DNA of 64,000 nt from Azolla caroliniana (taxonomy: Eukaryota > Plantae > Polypodiophyta): contig JBHGNT010000005.1 of NCBI GenBank assembly GCA_043228905.1, positions 8,308,001 through 8,372,000 on the forward strand, given 5' to 3'. Made by a program: the position numbers and the translations under genes. The notes under the pieces were generated by a model. The model searched no databases, had not been told where the DNA came from, and was given only the letters and a program-made list of their open reading frames with translations. Positions 51,301 to 64,000 of the stretch are shown piece after piece (the stretch's first letter is position 1; the number at the start of each line of letters is the position of its first letter).

Positions 51301-54208
51301 TATATAGACGGGAAGGATATTGCTGCATTATTTTGTGTGATATATCTGAATTGAAGTCATTGAGATATGCATGTACAGTGACAATAATATGACGTGATGA
51401 CTAAACACCAGTGCACATTATTAGAATGCCTTCGACGGAAAGTCAGTCTAATGCTGACAAAAATCTGGAACAATGATTGTCATCTTAATGATATTGCATC
51501 TCAAAACTTGACCATTTCAGTCATCACACAAACAAGTAAACTTTATGAGAAGGGTGGAGCACAGCTTATCTTGGTGATACTGCACCTCATCATTGACTCT
51601 AGGTGGTAGATGTCTTATACTTGACCTGGGCACTCCAGAGATGAAGAGTGCAACTTGTTCACTTTTGTCTTTACTTTCTCTAAAAATGGGGGTTTCTTTA
51701 CTTGCATTCCATAAATTCAAACTGTCTTGGTTATGTCTTATGAAAAGGTATATTGCAAATGTAAACAGTATCCTTGTAGTTTCTTTCCCAGAATATGTTC
51801 TGGTATTAATAATTTCACAACATATATGTGAATCTGGAGACATACAGTATGCTCAAGCCATCTTCTAACATAGCCAGATCATAAAAGTCCTGGATCATTA
51901 TCGCAAAAAAGAGTTGATTATATTCTAGGCTGAGACACATGTTGTTGTTGAAAGGTGTGTTAAAATGGCATTGAATTTTTTTCTTTATTGCCTAACGTTT
52001 TGCAGCGTTCTGGACATTATGCAGATCTGAAGCAAAGGATGTCTTAGGAGAGGACTGGGTACAACGGCACCGCCGCATAGTACAACAACATGCATCAAAT
52101 TACAAACGTGTTGCATGGTCCAAGGTAATATTTGCATTTAGATCGTACCACTAGATACAAGTATTTTCTACTTATAACTTGAAGTTGCTTGTGGGGTAGA
52201 TCATAGAGAGATGTTCTGAATGATTTATCTTAAGTTATTTTGGAAGTAACTTTATATAGGATAAAGTATGGTGGTACCTTTTGGTTATTATATATAGTAA
52301 GTTATGTTAGAAGCAGTCTTCTTTATTGATAAAGATGACAACTTGTAGTGGTTGTTTCATAACATGAAAATACAACTCTTTCAGGTTCTCTCAAGTCTTT
52401 CAGTTCAAGGATTGAGTTCAAATGGTAGTGGTGGTCTCGGGAATGACAGCAGCTTAAGTACAGGTGTTTCAAGAGCATTGCTGAAAGAGAGGTAATATTT
52501 ATTTCTGCTGGGCATCACCTTGTAAGATACCAATATAGGAAATCATATACAAAGCTTTAGTTCAGTTTGGGAGATTTTATTATCATGCTGAATAGGTCTA
52601 ATGTACAACAAGTCTACCATTGTAACTATTGACATAGTTTGTGGGCCCTTTCAGTTCGTAATGAGGAATTCTGTGTGGAGATTTATTTTTTGTGCAGTTC
52701 CACGTGCTATGATAATAGTGGTTAGTGAGTGAAGGTTTTCTTCTCATGACACATAAGTAAATCATTTCTCTAAAGGCCGATGTGATGGGAATTTCAGGGG
52801 CACCAGTTTTAGGTCCAATGGATACCACTGTATTCTTTGGCAGCCTCTTTTGCTAAAAGAGACACTCTCCATGAACTTGTTAAGCACACTCACTCCATGG
52901 AATACCAATTGATATCATTATATTATTTGACAGCCTCTCTTGTAAAAAGAAAAGTGTTCGAGGACATACACATAAGTGAGGAAAAAAATGAGAAATAGAT
53001 TACATAAAATGAACCTATCTTGTAATAAAACAGCATTGAACCATTTACGATTATTTAAATGGGAGAAACAGATGCCTGTTGGCTAAATCCTAGACAGTAA
53101 TACATGGTGAAAGGTCTTGAAAGAAATGCTTATGAAACAATTATCACTAAGACAACATGAGCCACCAACCACCTTGACTAATGTTGAAGAACATCAGCTG
53201 TCAACTGTCTTGTACAGACAATGTTTTTTTCTGTATGGAAAAGACCGAGTCTCATAGCTGGGCTTTAATATCAATATTGCTTTCTTTGGCCCAATCTGTA
53301 GGTACACTATTTTGCTGACTGTCCAAAGATTATTCACAAAAAAGTTTCAGTTCTATGGACACAATATAGATAGATAAATGGCTATTTGACCTTGGGTATA
53401 TATAATGTCTATGTTGATGTAATTGACCCTTGTACTGATGAGCGGATAACATTTGGCCTATCATATTATAGTGTAACCTAAGGACACCTCTTGTTGGGCT
53501 TTAGTAAACATACATGCCCATCTAGATGTTGATAATTATAATCCTATTCAGCATTGCTGAGATAGCTGCACGTCTAACAACTTTTGACGTAATTCATAAT
53601 CAATGTTTTTGTCATGCAGATTTAAGACGTTCAATGGCCAATTTGAGGAGCTGTATCTGCGCCAAGCACAATGGTTTGTTCCGGATGTGGAATTGCGCGA
53701 ATCTCTTAGGCTGGCTGTGGCAGAAGTGCTTTTACCTGCTTATCGTTCCATTTTGAAGCGCTTTGGGTAAGTTACTTTTGAATTATGCTTTTGAGTAAGA
53801 GGTACTATTACATAAATTCGGGTGTTATGCTTTAGGGCAGTAGTATATTACGCGAATGTTTTTGTAAGGAAGTAAGATACTTTTGAATTGTGCTTTTGAG
53901 TGAGGTACAATAACGTAAATTTGGGTGTTATGCTTTAGGGCAGTAGTATATTAATTAAGTGAATGTTTTTGTAAGGAACCCACTTACATTTAGTCTTGCT
54001 GCAAAGTTGCATCAATTCTTTGAGGAGATGGCTTTGTTACATGCAATTTTTGCTCCTAAGAATCCAATAACATTCACTTTTACTGCACAGATTGATGATG
54101 GAAAATGGAAAATACCCACAGAAGTATGTAAGGTGGAGTCCAGAGGAGTTGGATACAATGCTTGGGGATTTCTTTGAAGGGAAATCAAAGTCAGAACCTC
54201 GAAGGTGA
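45330..54208 (+). CDS. EXO70A: Exocyst subunit Exo70, clade A (EXO70A1-like), 12 exons, 644 aa
   Basis: Exons 45330-45488, 46357-46452, 46527-46732, 46817-47059, 48515-48653, 49170-49382, 50168-50373, 50507-50707, 52025-52124, 52385-52491, 53620-53766, 54091-54208. All introns GT-AG; total 1935 nt. Motifs [70 protein letters not shown]. Confidence 0.96.
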
Positions 54209-56334
54209 TGGGATCGACATCTGCTATATATAATTAATTCTGTACCATAGGGCTTCTGCAGCAACAATGAGATATTTTAAATGTTTCATGTGATTGAGAA
54301 GCACAATTTGGATCACATCTTTTCTCCACCTCAGAGCTGTGGGAGTAGTGTATTAATGTCTGATTTGTGTGAAAGTTTTAAGAGTTATTGGATATCATTT
54401 TATTTTGCTGTGATCAAAATTTACTTGTAGTGCCATTCCCATGGCTTTTACTTAGCTTGAAGTCTGACGTATGCCATCAGAAGTAATTCTTTTCTATTTG
54501 CAAGAGCTCATCCTCTCTCCATTGCCTATAGATACCATCATCATGCATAACATTTGTCTTCGTTAGTGAGTGGAATGACTAAGATGCATCCAAGATTTCT
54601 AAGACCTTAATTGACTTTACCTCACACCTTTCAAGCTGACTTTTTATTTGTTACGTAGTCATATCCGGACTTTTCACATGTTTCACGTCCAACTGTCTCT
54701 ACCTCTTTATTTTAAGATGTCACTTTTCACATTTCACATTCTTGTTTGATTGCCTCAAAGCTTGTCATATCACATTTCTTTGACATGCAAGGTATCGCAT
54801 ACCTTGTTTTTTTGACATGAATTGCAGTAATGCAGTACCATCATCCACTCTGCATATTGCAATAAAAAGTGCCAAAAAGGGAGGGTTGTATGGCCAATAA
54901 AATAGGCTGTTGTGAAAATGAGAATTGCACAACACGTATCTAACACAATGGTAAGGGTTAATATGCTAGTCTGCAATGTAAATAAGTCGGACAACTATTT
55001 TGTAATTAGTAAATTTGGCTCTCATGGTATTATTGTTGTGGGAAAACTTCAAGCTTTGTGATACACGCAAATATTTTCCTTGGGTAATGTTAGTTATGGA
55101 GAGTTAAATCTCGACTTTGTGTGCAATGTTCCTTTGCAACTCAATATGTATTGCCAAAGCTTTGGTATTGTGATTGACCAACCTGATGTAAAGTTCAAAT
55201 AGGTAGGCAATGAGCTTGGACATGTGGCATGGAAGGGGGATGAAGAAAGTTGCATGATTATAAGAGACATGAAGTAGTGGTTGGTGCATTGTTTGACATT
55301 GTTCACATAATCCCCATGCTTGGTGTCCTAGAAAAACTAGCAAGCAACTTCCTAAAAAATGGAATGTCATTAGGGTTTGGTAAGATATGGTCGTACGTTG
55401 GCCCCATGTTTTATGGATGAGCCATGTGCATTAACATTGCTAGTATGAATTAGTAGTTAGATTTGAATTTTTTTTAGAGTACATAGATGTATGCATGCTC
55501 ACCAAACAATGTTATGTGATGGCAAAATAGGTGCCATAATGTAAGGTCATAATTTAGAGCATTGTACCATAGTTGGCATGTGAGTTCATGTTCTAAAGCT
55601 CATTTCATAATATACACAAGGGAATGAAAGAACTGACCCACAAAGCAAACACTGCTCTCTTAGTGCCCATCACCACTTTATTTAGCTCGTCATAAGCCAA
55701 ATGTGTGACCCCCAAAGGTTTTTTTTTATCCATGCACTAGATACAAAATGGTGGTGCGAACGAAGGAAGGTAGAGGAGGGAATTGTTGCTTCTTTTGCCA
55801 CATGGAGAAGTCATTTGATACCCGAGACTTCCTTAGGGAAGCAAACGACTTTTAACTACATATCTGCGAGATGATAATGACGAAGACCTTGATGGCGGAA
55901 GCCCTTGGGACCATAAGATACACTCATGCACTCATAAGGTACACGAGTGCCGGTATCAATTACTCATGGTAAATGTATGTATGGGCATGTATGTATGTAT
56001 GTATGTATGTGTTCCAGGCAAAAAACAGAGGCTCCGAAAGCCTTCAAAAAAATGAAGAGGATATTTGAAAATTTGAGGCAAGTGTTTTCACACCATAGGT
56101 TTTGGGTGAGGACGTACGTGGTTCCTGTTTTTTCTAGGGTTTATCAGAGCACGGAGTTGGCTCTTCTGTGTATTTCTAAGGTTCATCGGATGATCGAGAG
56201 GAGTACAGTTTTGGGGTTTCTACGCTTCGCTGTTTCTGCATTTTTCTCAGTGTTTTCCAGTACCAAATACATTAATCGAGCTTTCCATGGTTTTCTGGCT
56301 TTAAGCTTTGAAGCTTTTGTTGGGAACAATCGCC

Positions 56335-58425
56335 ATGCCTTCTACGCTATCAACAGAAGACAAGATTTCCAACCTCAAAGACCTCAATGGAACTCTTCTT
56401 AAACAAGTAAGTTCTTACAGGCTCTCTAACTCTGACTTAGAAGCAAAAGTTAAGTCTCTAGAAAAGCAAATTGAAGAGAAATCAGCAATATTAGATGAAG
56501 TTTCCATGGAGAAAAATACGATTAAAGAAGAGAAATATAGAGTTGAGCAAGAGCTCTTTTGTAGCAAGAGAGAAGCTGCAAAATTAGAGACAGAGAAGGA
56601 AGATTTATTAAAAGAAAGGAAGGCACTTCTTGTGAATATGGACGAACTTAAAGCTTCTCTCTTTGTCTCCGAAGAGAACGTTAAGAACAGTTTGGAGAAG
56701 CTTGTAGAATCTCAGAAAGTTACGGAATCTGAAGAAGAAAAGTGTCATAAGCTTCATATAGAGGCATCTCAGCTTCGTAATGAACGAGATGCGTTACTAA
56801 TTGAGAATAGAAATCTCCATGTAGCTAATGAAGAATCTCAGGCTAGCTTTGCTGGCTTGTATGAGAAGGAAAAAATCCTAGAAAAGCAACTAAGTGAGAT
56901 GAGAAAATGTGCAGAAGCATCTGAAATACAAACAAACGAAGCTATTCAATCCTTACAGTCTGAGCTATCTGATAGATTAAAAGAAAGAGAAGGGTTTCAG
57001 ATGCAACTGAAAGAAGCATGGAATCAGATTGCTAGCATCGAGGTTCAACGGGAAGACACCATTTCATGGCAGAAAAAGCTTGAATCTCAGTCGAAGGCTC
57101 TTGAACTTGATCTTATGAAAGCTCGAGAAGAGCATTCTAACGCGTTGGATTTTCTTAACAAAGAAAGAGAATTAGAGAAATTGTCTCTTGAGAGTATGCT
57201 TGAGGTTGCTAATTCGAAGGCTCGATTGCTTGAACAAGAACTTGATTCGGTCAAGAGCTTGTTATCAACTATGGAGATTGAATCAAGTCGGGATAAGGAG
57301 GAGATTCTACGGCTTGAGATTGAGCTCTCAACCTTGGCCAAAGAGAGAATTTCTCTCGAGGATGCCAAATCCTTGCTTGAAGCAGAGATAGTGAATTTGA
57401 AATTGAATTGTGAAAAGCTGTCTTGTGAAGCAGAAAGTGAGATGAGAAAGCTTGAATCTCAGTTCAAGACTCTTGAACTTGATCTTATTAAAGCTCGAGA
57501 AGAGCATTGTAGTGTGTTAGATTCTCTTAACAAACAAAGGGAATCGGAGAAGGTATCTCTTGAGAGTATGCTTGAAATTGCTAATGCTGACGCTCGAGGG
57601 CTTGAACGAGAACTCAATTCAGTTAAGGGGTTGTTGTCGATGGTGGAGGTTGAATTGGTTCAGCATAAAGAGGGGATTCTACAGCTTGAGATGAAGCTAT
57701 CTAACTTAGCTCAAGAGAATGAAGCTCTAAAGAAAGCCAAATCCTCACTTGAAGAAGAGATAGTCAATTTGAATTCTGCTAGTGATAAGGTGGTTTATGA
57801 AGCAAAAGGTGAGATGGGAAAGCTTGAATCTCAGGTAAAGACTCTTGAGCTTGATCTCTTAAGAGCTCGAGAAGAGCACGCTGAAGTGTTGGATTCTATT
57901 AAGCAGGAAAAGGAATTTGAGAAAGGATCTCTTGAGAGTATGCTTGATGTTGCTAATTCTAAGTCTCAAGTGCTTGAGCAAGAATTCAATTTGGTCAAGC
58001 ACTTGTTATCCACGGTGGAGAACGAATCTAGTAGAGAAAAGGAGCGGATCCTTCAGCTTGAGACTGAGCACTCTGCCTTAATTCGTGAGATAGAATCCCT
58101 TGAAGCAGCCAAGTCCTCTCTTGAAACTGAGTTAATGAATTTGAAATTGGGTTGTGAAAAGACAGCTTCTGAAGCAAAAAGGGATGTAGAAAATCTCAAG
58201 TTGGTGATTGTGAAACTTGAATCCTCACTTTCTGATGCTAGAGAGAGTGCACTTCGACGTGAGAAGAGTATTTGCCAACTGGAGTTAAATGTAGAAGAGC
58301 TCAGCTTCCATCTCCGAAAGAGAGAGAAATTGATACACATGTCTTTACCTCTTGCATTAGCTTCAACAGGATCACTCATTGGAGTAGGAATTGCAGCAAT
58401 GCTTAGACACTCTAAGCAAACCTAA
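56335..58425 (+). CDS. Intronless long coiled-coil protein (696 aa from ATG 56335) with three 124-aa repeats and a C-terminal hydrophobic tail
   Basis: Uninterrupted 2.1-kb E/K/L-rich ORF; repeats start at 57076, 57448 and 57820; tail LPLALASTGSLIGVGIAAML-RHSKQT. Confidence 0.85.
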   Translation: MPSTLSTEDKISNLKDLNGTLLKQVSSYRLSNSDLEAKVKSLEKQIEEKSAILDEVSMEKNTIKEEKYRVEQELFCSKREAAKLETEKEDLLKERKALLVNMDELKASLFVSEENVKNSLEKLVESQKVTESEEEKCHKLHIEASQLRNERDALLIENRNLHVANEESQASFAGLYEKEKILEKQLSEMRKCAEASEIQTNEAIQSLQSELSDRLKEREGFQMQLKEAWNQIASIEVQREDTISWQKKLESQSKALELDLMKAREEHSNALDFLNKERELEKLSLESMLEVANSKARLLEQELDSVKSLLSTMEIESSRDKEEILRLEIELSTLAKERISLEDAKSLLEAEIVNLKLNCEKLSCEAESEMRKLESQFKTLELDLIKAREEHCSVLDSLNKQRESEKVSLESMLEIANADARGLERELNSVKGLLSMVEVELVQHKEGILQLEMKLSNLAQENEALKKAKSSLEEEIVNLNSASDKVVYEAKGEMGKLESQVKTLELDLLRAREEHAEVLDSIKQEKEFEKGSLESMLDVANSKSQVLEQEFNLVKHLLSTVENESSREKERILQLETEHSALIREIESLEAAKSSLETELMNLKLGCEKTASEAKRDVENLKLVIVKLESSLSDARESALRREKSICQLELNVEELSFHLRKREKLIHMSLPLALASTGSLIGVGIAAMLRHSKQT

Positions 58426-59799
58426 GTAAAACCTACCCCCCATATACTATAGTAATAACCCTGATAAGTTACCTTCTTTTTTTGTTACTTTTTGGTAGTG
58501 GATCACAATGCTTTTGGCATTGTTCTGCCCTCTCTACAGCATTGCTCCAAGGGTCGAACTTGTCTATGGGTGGTTCTCAAATTTAGACATCCAATTTTCC
58601 AAGCCTGATATATAATTGTATGCTTGCAAATGAAAGATGTTATGCCATCTTGTTCTTATTTTTGCCCATCAATTGCGCTTCCATCATGGATGTATATCTT
58701 CATTCATTCATTATACCTTCTATAAACATGATTGGCGAATCTAGAATTGTGATGATGTATGTATTATGCTTCAAATTTTAACCATGGGGTGCGCCAGTCA
58801 ATTCAACATCATTAATATTTGTCTCATAAATATTTGAATTAGTGGCTAACATAGACTTGTGCAATAAATCTCAGACCACTTGGCTGTGCATATAGTAATC
58901 GCCACCAAGACAATGCCCAAATATTTTTCAGAGTGCATTTGAGCCCACCTTGCATTCTGTGCATTATTATTGATTTGAATGCTCATTGTTAAAGAAGCTT
59001 AAAGAGCTTTAGATCATATCTAATAGCCAACATATCTGTAAGGGCTCCACCTCTTATATTTCTTGCCTTGTGCTTGTTTTATTTAATATTGCATGTAGCA
59101 AAAACTGTGTGAACACCATATTTTACTCCCCCCTTATTGATTGCTCATCTCATCACTTGGCGACTTTCTTTGTGGACGCACTTTTATTACTTAAGAAGTT
59201 ATGGATCCAATGGTTCTAAGACTCTTTGATAATATACTTCCCAAGGGATTAGGATGCTTGTCACATGGTTGACGCAATTATGAGATACTTGCTCCATTTC
59301 AAACTTCTATGCCTTTCAGTTATAGCAAAAATGGTTGCCAGTAATCCAAAAAACAATGTAGAGATCACAAAACCATCCTCCCATCGATTTGTTGATCTAA
59401 TATTTAACGATTATTACTTTGAAACAGTCAAGAATCCTAGCTGTGCAAATTGCTTGCTTGCCCCCTTCTTGCGGAAGAACTTGTTGCTAAGTTTTATTAG
59501 TGCAAGTGAAGGCCTTTCCGTTGTTTGTGAGGTAGATAACGGGCAATCTCACTCATTGTGCTGTTTTATTGACTTCACCACGACACCACTTTTTTGGTGG
59601 ATAAACGGCCTTCATGCTGCCGTTAGTCAAGGCGGCCCGATGAACCAATGCAATAGAAAAGAATTTTGGTTACCGTTCTAATCTGTCTTCATATCCATAG
59701 CAGTCTTTGTATTAAGCTTCAATAGACATGCAACACATCAACAATTAAAAGGGATTCTAAGCTACCCTAAATTTGATAGATAGGATAGATATTTTTTAG

Positions 59800-61726
59800 T
59801 GTCCATAGAGAGGCCAATATAGACCCATAGGACCTAAGTACAAAAGTTTGCTTGATGTGTCTCCTTCCAAAGAAGGGATATTTATACTTTGAAGCACTAA
59901 GTCTCAGTGTGCCAATAGACATACACATATGAGCTCAACCTTCTAGGTGTTCTCTTTAATATGATAGTCAAGCCATCACCCCCTCTTAATATATCATCAT
60001 AGCTTTCACGAATTGCACAATATATGGAGCATGTAAAAGCAAGTGATATTCATCCTCTACTAGCCCTTCGTTGCATACCTTACATGTTTTTTATATTTGG
60101 CCGATTTTGATTTCATAATTCAACTTTAATACCTAGGTTCTATGATCGAGTAAGGAGTGTTAGGGCTCTACGAGAGTTAGTACTCATGTTAGTAATGAGG
60201 TAAGGTTGAATACAATCAATAGGCCTTCTTGTCTTATATAGAACCCAACATTCGGGATTGATGTTTGTAATGCAATATTCTAATTTTGTCCTTTCGGCAT
60301 CTTTCCACTTCTTCCTTAGTGGGTGCATTAATCTTTCCTCAATAACTACATATTTCATAGCATCACTTGAAAGCTCTAGGAGATCTTCCACATTCCATCT
60401 TTTGAACCATTTTTTGATGTCAACTACCCAACTAGATGAGAGAAATTTACTCTTGGGATTCTTTTGTAGTTTACATCCAACATTACAAGCAAGATGCGGT
60501 AATCTATGATTTGGCATATTCTTGACTTTTTTAATGTATCTATATACTCTCTGTAGCACCAATAGCTCTATAGGTCAAACACCTGTTTCCAAGAGCATAA
60601 CTTGATAGTAGGTGACCTAGATTTTACTCCCAATTGTCTCGTTAAAAAACATCTTTGGAATCTTCTCAATCTCATTCCATGCATTAAGAAAAATGGTGCC
60701 TCCCCACACTTGTACTCCATAAAGCAAAACTTGTGTTAACATGGCATTAAATAACATTAGTTCCCATCCAGGAGTATCATGTTGGTTGCATTTATTTTCC
60801 AACATATAATAGCTTTTCCAACCAACTTGAAGTCTAGACTCAAAGCATATACTCCATTTATTCGTGGTAGGTACATCAAGATTCAATACCAAGATACTTA
60901 ACGCTTTGTACAAATTGTACATGTTCTCCCTTATATGTAAGCATAGTGTATTGGTGAGGCTGGATGGTTCGCACTGCCATCATTTTTGTTTTATCCACAT
61001 TTACTTTGGCAAAATGCTTCTAATGCTCCAAGTAAACATTGCATCCATCAAAATCATATGAAAAGATAACCACATTATCCACATATAAAAGCCATAAGAT
61101 AACTTGTTGCATTAGTTTTGGGACATCTAATCCTTCTTCTCTTGCAACCCTATTAACCGCTGCTTCCAATTTATCAATGCATAAACCAAAGAGTGTAGGT
61201 GATAATGGATATCTTTACTTAACTCCCATGTTAGTTAAAAAATGTTATGAGAAACCATTCTCAAATTTTAGTTGGCATCTAACTTGCTAATATAATTATG
61301 CAATAGCAACTCGATACTCTCATGACATGCCAAAATTCACCATTCTATTCCAAAGCTTACTTCGTGGTACTGTATCAAATGTTTTTTTAAAATCAACAAA
61401 GCAACAATAGAGTGTCTTTCAAACATTGCTTGTAGTCAACGTTCTTCCATAATTACCTTTAATGTAAGAAGATGATCTATCGTGGAGTGTTTTGTTCTAA
61501 AACCCGCTTGCCAAGTGCTCGCTTGTTTTGACTTTTAGCCCATGCATTTACCTTTTGCTTCATGATAGTGGTATGCAACTTAGAAATAGTTGAGTTCACC
61601 ATGATTGTACGATAATTTGATACTTTATTTTTATCTCATGCTTTGAAAATTTGCTTGATCCAATTCATGAGCTAATAATTCAGCAAACCTTGTTTAATAG
61701 TTTGATCTATGATGGTCATGATCCAA
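59800..61726 (-). mobile_element. Degenerate RTE-X-like LINE ORF2 fragment
   Basis: VLLYGVQVWGG, RLPHLACN and WVVDIKKWF parallel the ORF2 at 22812-24035; many disruptions; left boundary approximate. Confidence 0.82.
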
Positions 61727-61801
61727 TGTAAAGAGAGGAGAGACGTAGGTGGTGCTATGCAACGGAAGCAAGCTATGTGTGTGTGTGAGTGCATGTAAGT
61801 C

Positions 61802-61838
<37 letters not shown>

Positions 61839-61938
61839 TAATAGGAAGTTGTATATTAGCAAAAAGATGAATTACATCCAACCATAACTAAGTTACAAAG
61901 AGTTGGTTTAAATACCAACTACTCTAGGGCATGTAAGT

Positions 61939-61986
<48 letters not shown>

Positions 61987-62084
61987 ACATCAAGCTGTAT
62001 ATTAGCAAAAAGATGAATTACATCCAACCATAACTAAGTTACAAAGAGTTGGTTTAAATACCAACTACTCTAGGGCATGTAAGT

Positions 62085-62138
<54 letters not shown>

Positions 62139-63732
62139 ACAGCAAGCTGTATATTAGCAAAAAGATGAATTACATCCAACCATAACTAAGTTACAAAGAG
62201 TTGGTTTAAATACCAACTACTCTAGGGCAATTACTCTTTCCACTATTTACAGAACTAGCCTAGTATGATGTCCACTGGCTAGTGTGAACACTATCTCTAT
62301 GGGAAGTTGAGTTCAATTCTCAACACGCCCCTTTGAGCACAACTTCCGGATGCCGAAAAGTTGGTTCGGTTCAATCTTAAAAAAACTTCGATTTGGCTGA
62401 ATCGGCTTCGGTGTTCGAGTTGTTTCGGTTGTTCGGCTCTATTGCACGAATGGTCAGTCAAAATCGGTTTCGACTGCTCGATCGCTTCATGCTCCTTGTT
62501 CGGCTCGATTGTCATCGTACTTCGACTCCTCTGGTCGACTTCGATCGGCTGATCGGTTGCTGTTCGGCATCGACCTGTTCATGTCGGTGGCTACTGTTGT
62601 TTTTCGGTGCTCCCCCTCAAGCGCGACCTATTGGTGATCAAGAGACCAAGGTTCGTTGCAAACTGTTGCAACTTGTCGATACCCAAGGCTTTTGTAAAGA
62701 TGTCGGTCACATGAAGGTTCGTGTAGATGTGTGTTGTAAATCGACATCTCTAGCTTGAACGCACTCCTGAATGAAGTGGTAGTGAATTTCGATATGCTTA
62801 GTCCGCGCATGGAATACGTGGTTCCGAGCCAAGTAGATATTGCTCATGTTGTCATAGTATAGGCTAATTGGATCCTTGATGGGAACACCCAGATCCTTCA
62901 ATATGTGCTTTAGCCAAACGGCCTCGCATGCGGCGACTACCGTGCCCTTGTATTCGGCTCTGTGCTCGATAGTGCAACTGTTGATTGCTTCTTACTGCTC
63001 CAGGAGATCGCACCACTGCCGAGGGAGAAGAAGAAACCTGATGTGGATCGTCTATCGGCCTTATAGCCAGCCCAGTCTGCGTTCGTGTACCCTTCTAGCC
63101 GAATGATCATATTCATCTTGTATATGACGCCGAAATCCATCGTCCCACGGACGTACCTAAGTACCCTCTTAACGCAATCGAGATGAACATTTCGAGGATT
63201 CTGCATGAATTGGCTAAGTAGGCCGACAGAATAGCTAAGGTTGGGTCTGGTAATGGTTAGATAGATTAAGCTGCCGATCAATTGATGATACTGATTCGAC
63301 TCACAATCTTCGGTTCCCGAATCGACATCGAGCTTGAGATTTCGATCGAGAGGGGTAGACATAGGTTTGCACTCAATCATCCCGAACTTGTAGAGTAAGT
63401 TAAGAATGTAGTGCCTTTGAAAGATCAATATCTTGAATGGTGTTCGAATTACTTTGATACCGAGGAAGTAATGGAGCTCGTGCATATCTTTCATATCGAA
63501 TCTGCCGGATAGGAGTGATTTGACCTTAGTGATGTCGGCGAGATCCTTTCCTCCGATGACCAGATCATCCACGTAGAGGATGAGGACAATTGGGTTGTTC
63601 GACTCGTTTCAGATATATAGGGAGTTGTCCGATTTCGACATTCGGAAGCTGATTTGGTGAAGATACTGGGTGATCTTCGAATGCCAAGCACGTGGTGCTT
63701 GCTTGAGACCATATAACGGTTTCTTGAGTCGG
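61727..63732 (-). mobile_element. Truncated Ty1/copia (RT-RNase H and 3' LTR 61727-62325)
   Basis: YVDDLVIGG, ISWSSKKQSTVALS, FHARTKHIEIHYHF; PPT next to the TGTTGAGA LTR start at 62325. Confidence 0.9.
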
Positions 63733-64000
63733 CATGGTTAGGTTCTTGATTATGTATTACAAGGTCTTGGGTTCAAGCCCAAGTGATGCCATGATGCTTA
63801 TGTATTCATGACACTATCTCCCTTTCGAGAACGACGAGTGGAAGTCGTCGTTAACAATGTAGGGCCCGGTTTGTTTGGATAAAGACGATGGAAGTCTTTG
63901 ACAAGAGCTTGAGCATTAGAAATATTATTGACAGGTTCCCAAGTGCAATCACTCAGAGGATAGCCAACCCAATCAACCAGATAATAGAGCTTATTCCACA
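63733..64000 (-). mobile_element. Chromovirus 3' end (chromodomain, PPT, first ~80 bp of the 3' LTR), same family as element G
   Basis: Reverse strand reads NKLYYLVDWVGYPLSDCTWEP; LTR begins TGTCATGAA at 63813 and resembles 9810 onward. Confidence 0.88.

Noticed and set aside
55947-56402. 151-aa ORF upstream of the coiled-coil gene
   Set aside because: Runs through a (TATG)n microsatellite and the probable 5' UTR; no recognisable motif.
59265-59681. 138-aa ORF, possibly a transposase remnant
   Set aside because: No motif I can recognise on either strand; a profile search would be needed.

Overview
Eukaryotic nuclear DNA from a non-flowering land plant. A fern is the best guess, from a captured plastid ycf12/psb30 with an apparently RNA-edited codon, RTE-X-like LINEs and Tf1/Tcn1-like chromoviruses. 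Bases 1-~31.7 kb and ~59.8-64 kb are nested transposons: Ty3/gypsy chromoviruses and non-coding relatives, Ty1/copia elements, L1 and RTE-X-like LINEs, and hAT-type MITEs, many with readable TSDs. The ~32.5-58.4 kb island holds three host genes: a 14-exon peroxisomal 3-ketoacyl-CoA thiolase (minus), a 12-exon Exo70A exocyst subunit (plus) and an intronless tail-anchored coiled-coil protein with three 124-aa repeats. The most interesting signal is a modular architecture shared by several otherwise divergent gypsy-type LTRs: an antisense tRNA-shaped A-box/B-box module at the outer edge of U3, then arrays of heat-shock elements, a TATA box, and an 11-12 nt leader complementary to the element's own PBS (Tf1-type self-priming, co-varying between families). 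The non-coding members also carry an array of 48-bp hairpin repeats, and one has captured plastid DNA. All coordinates were read by eye and no searches were run.
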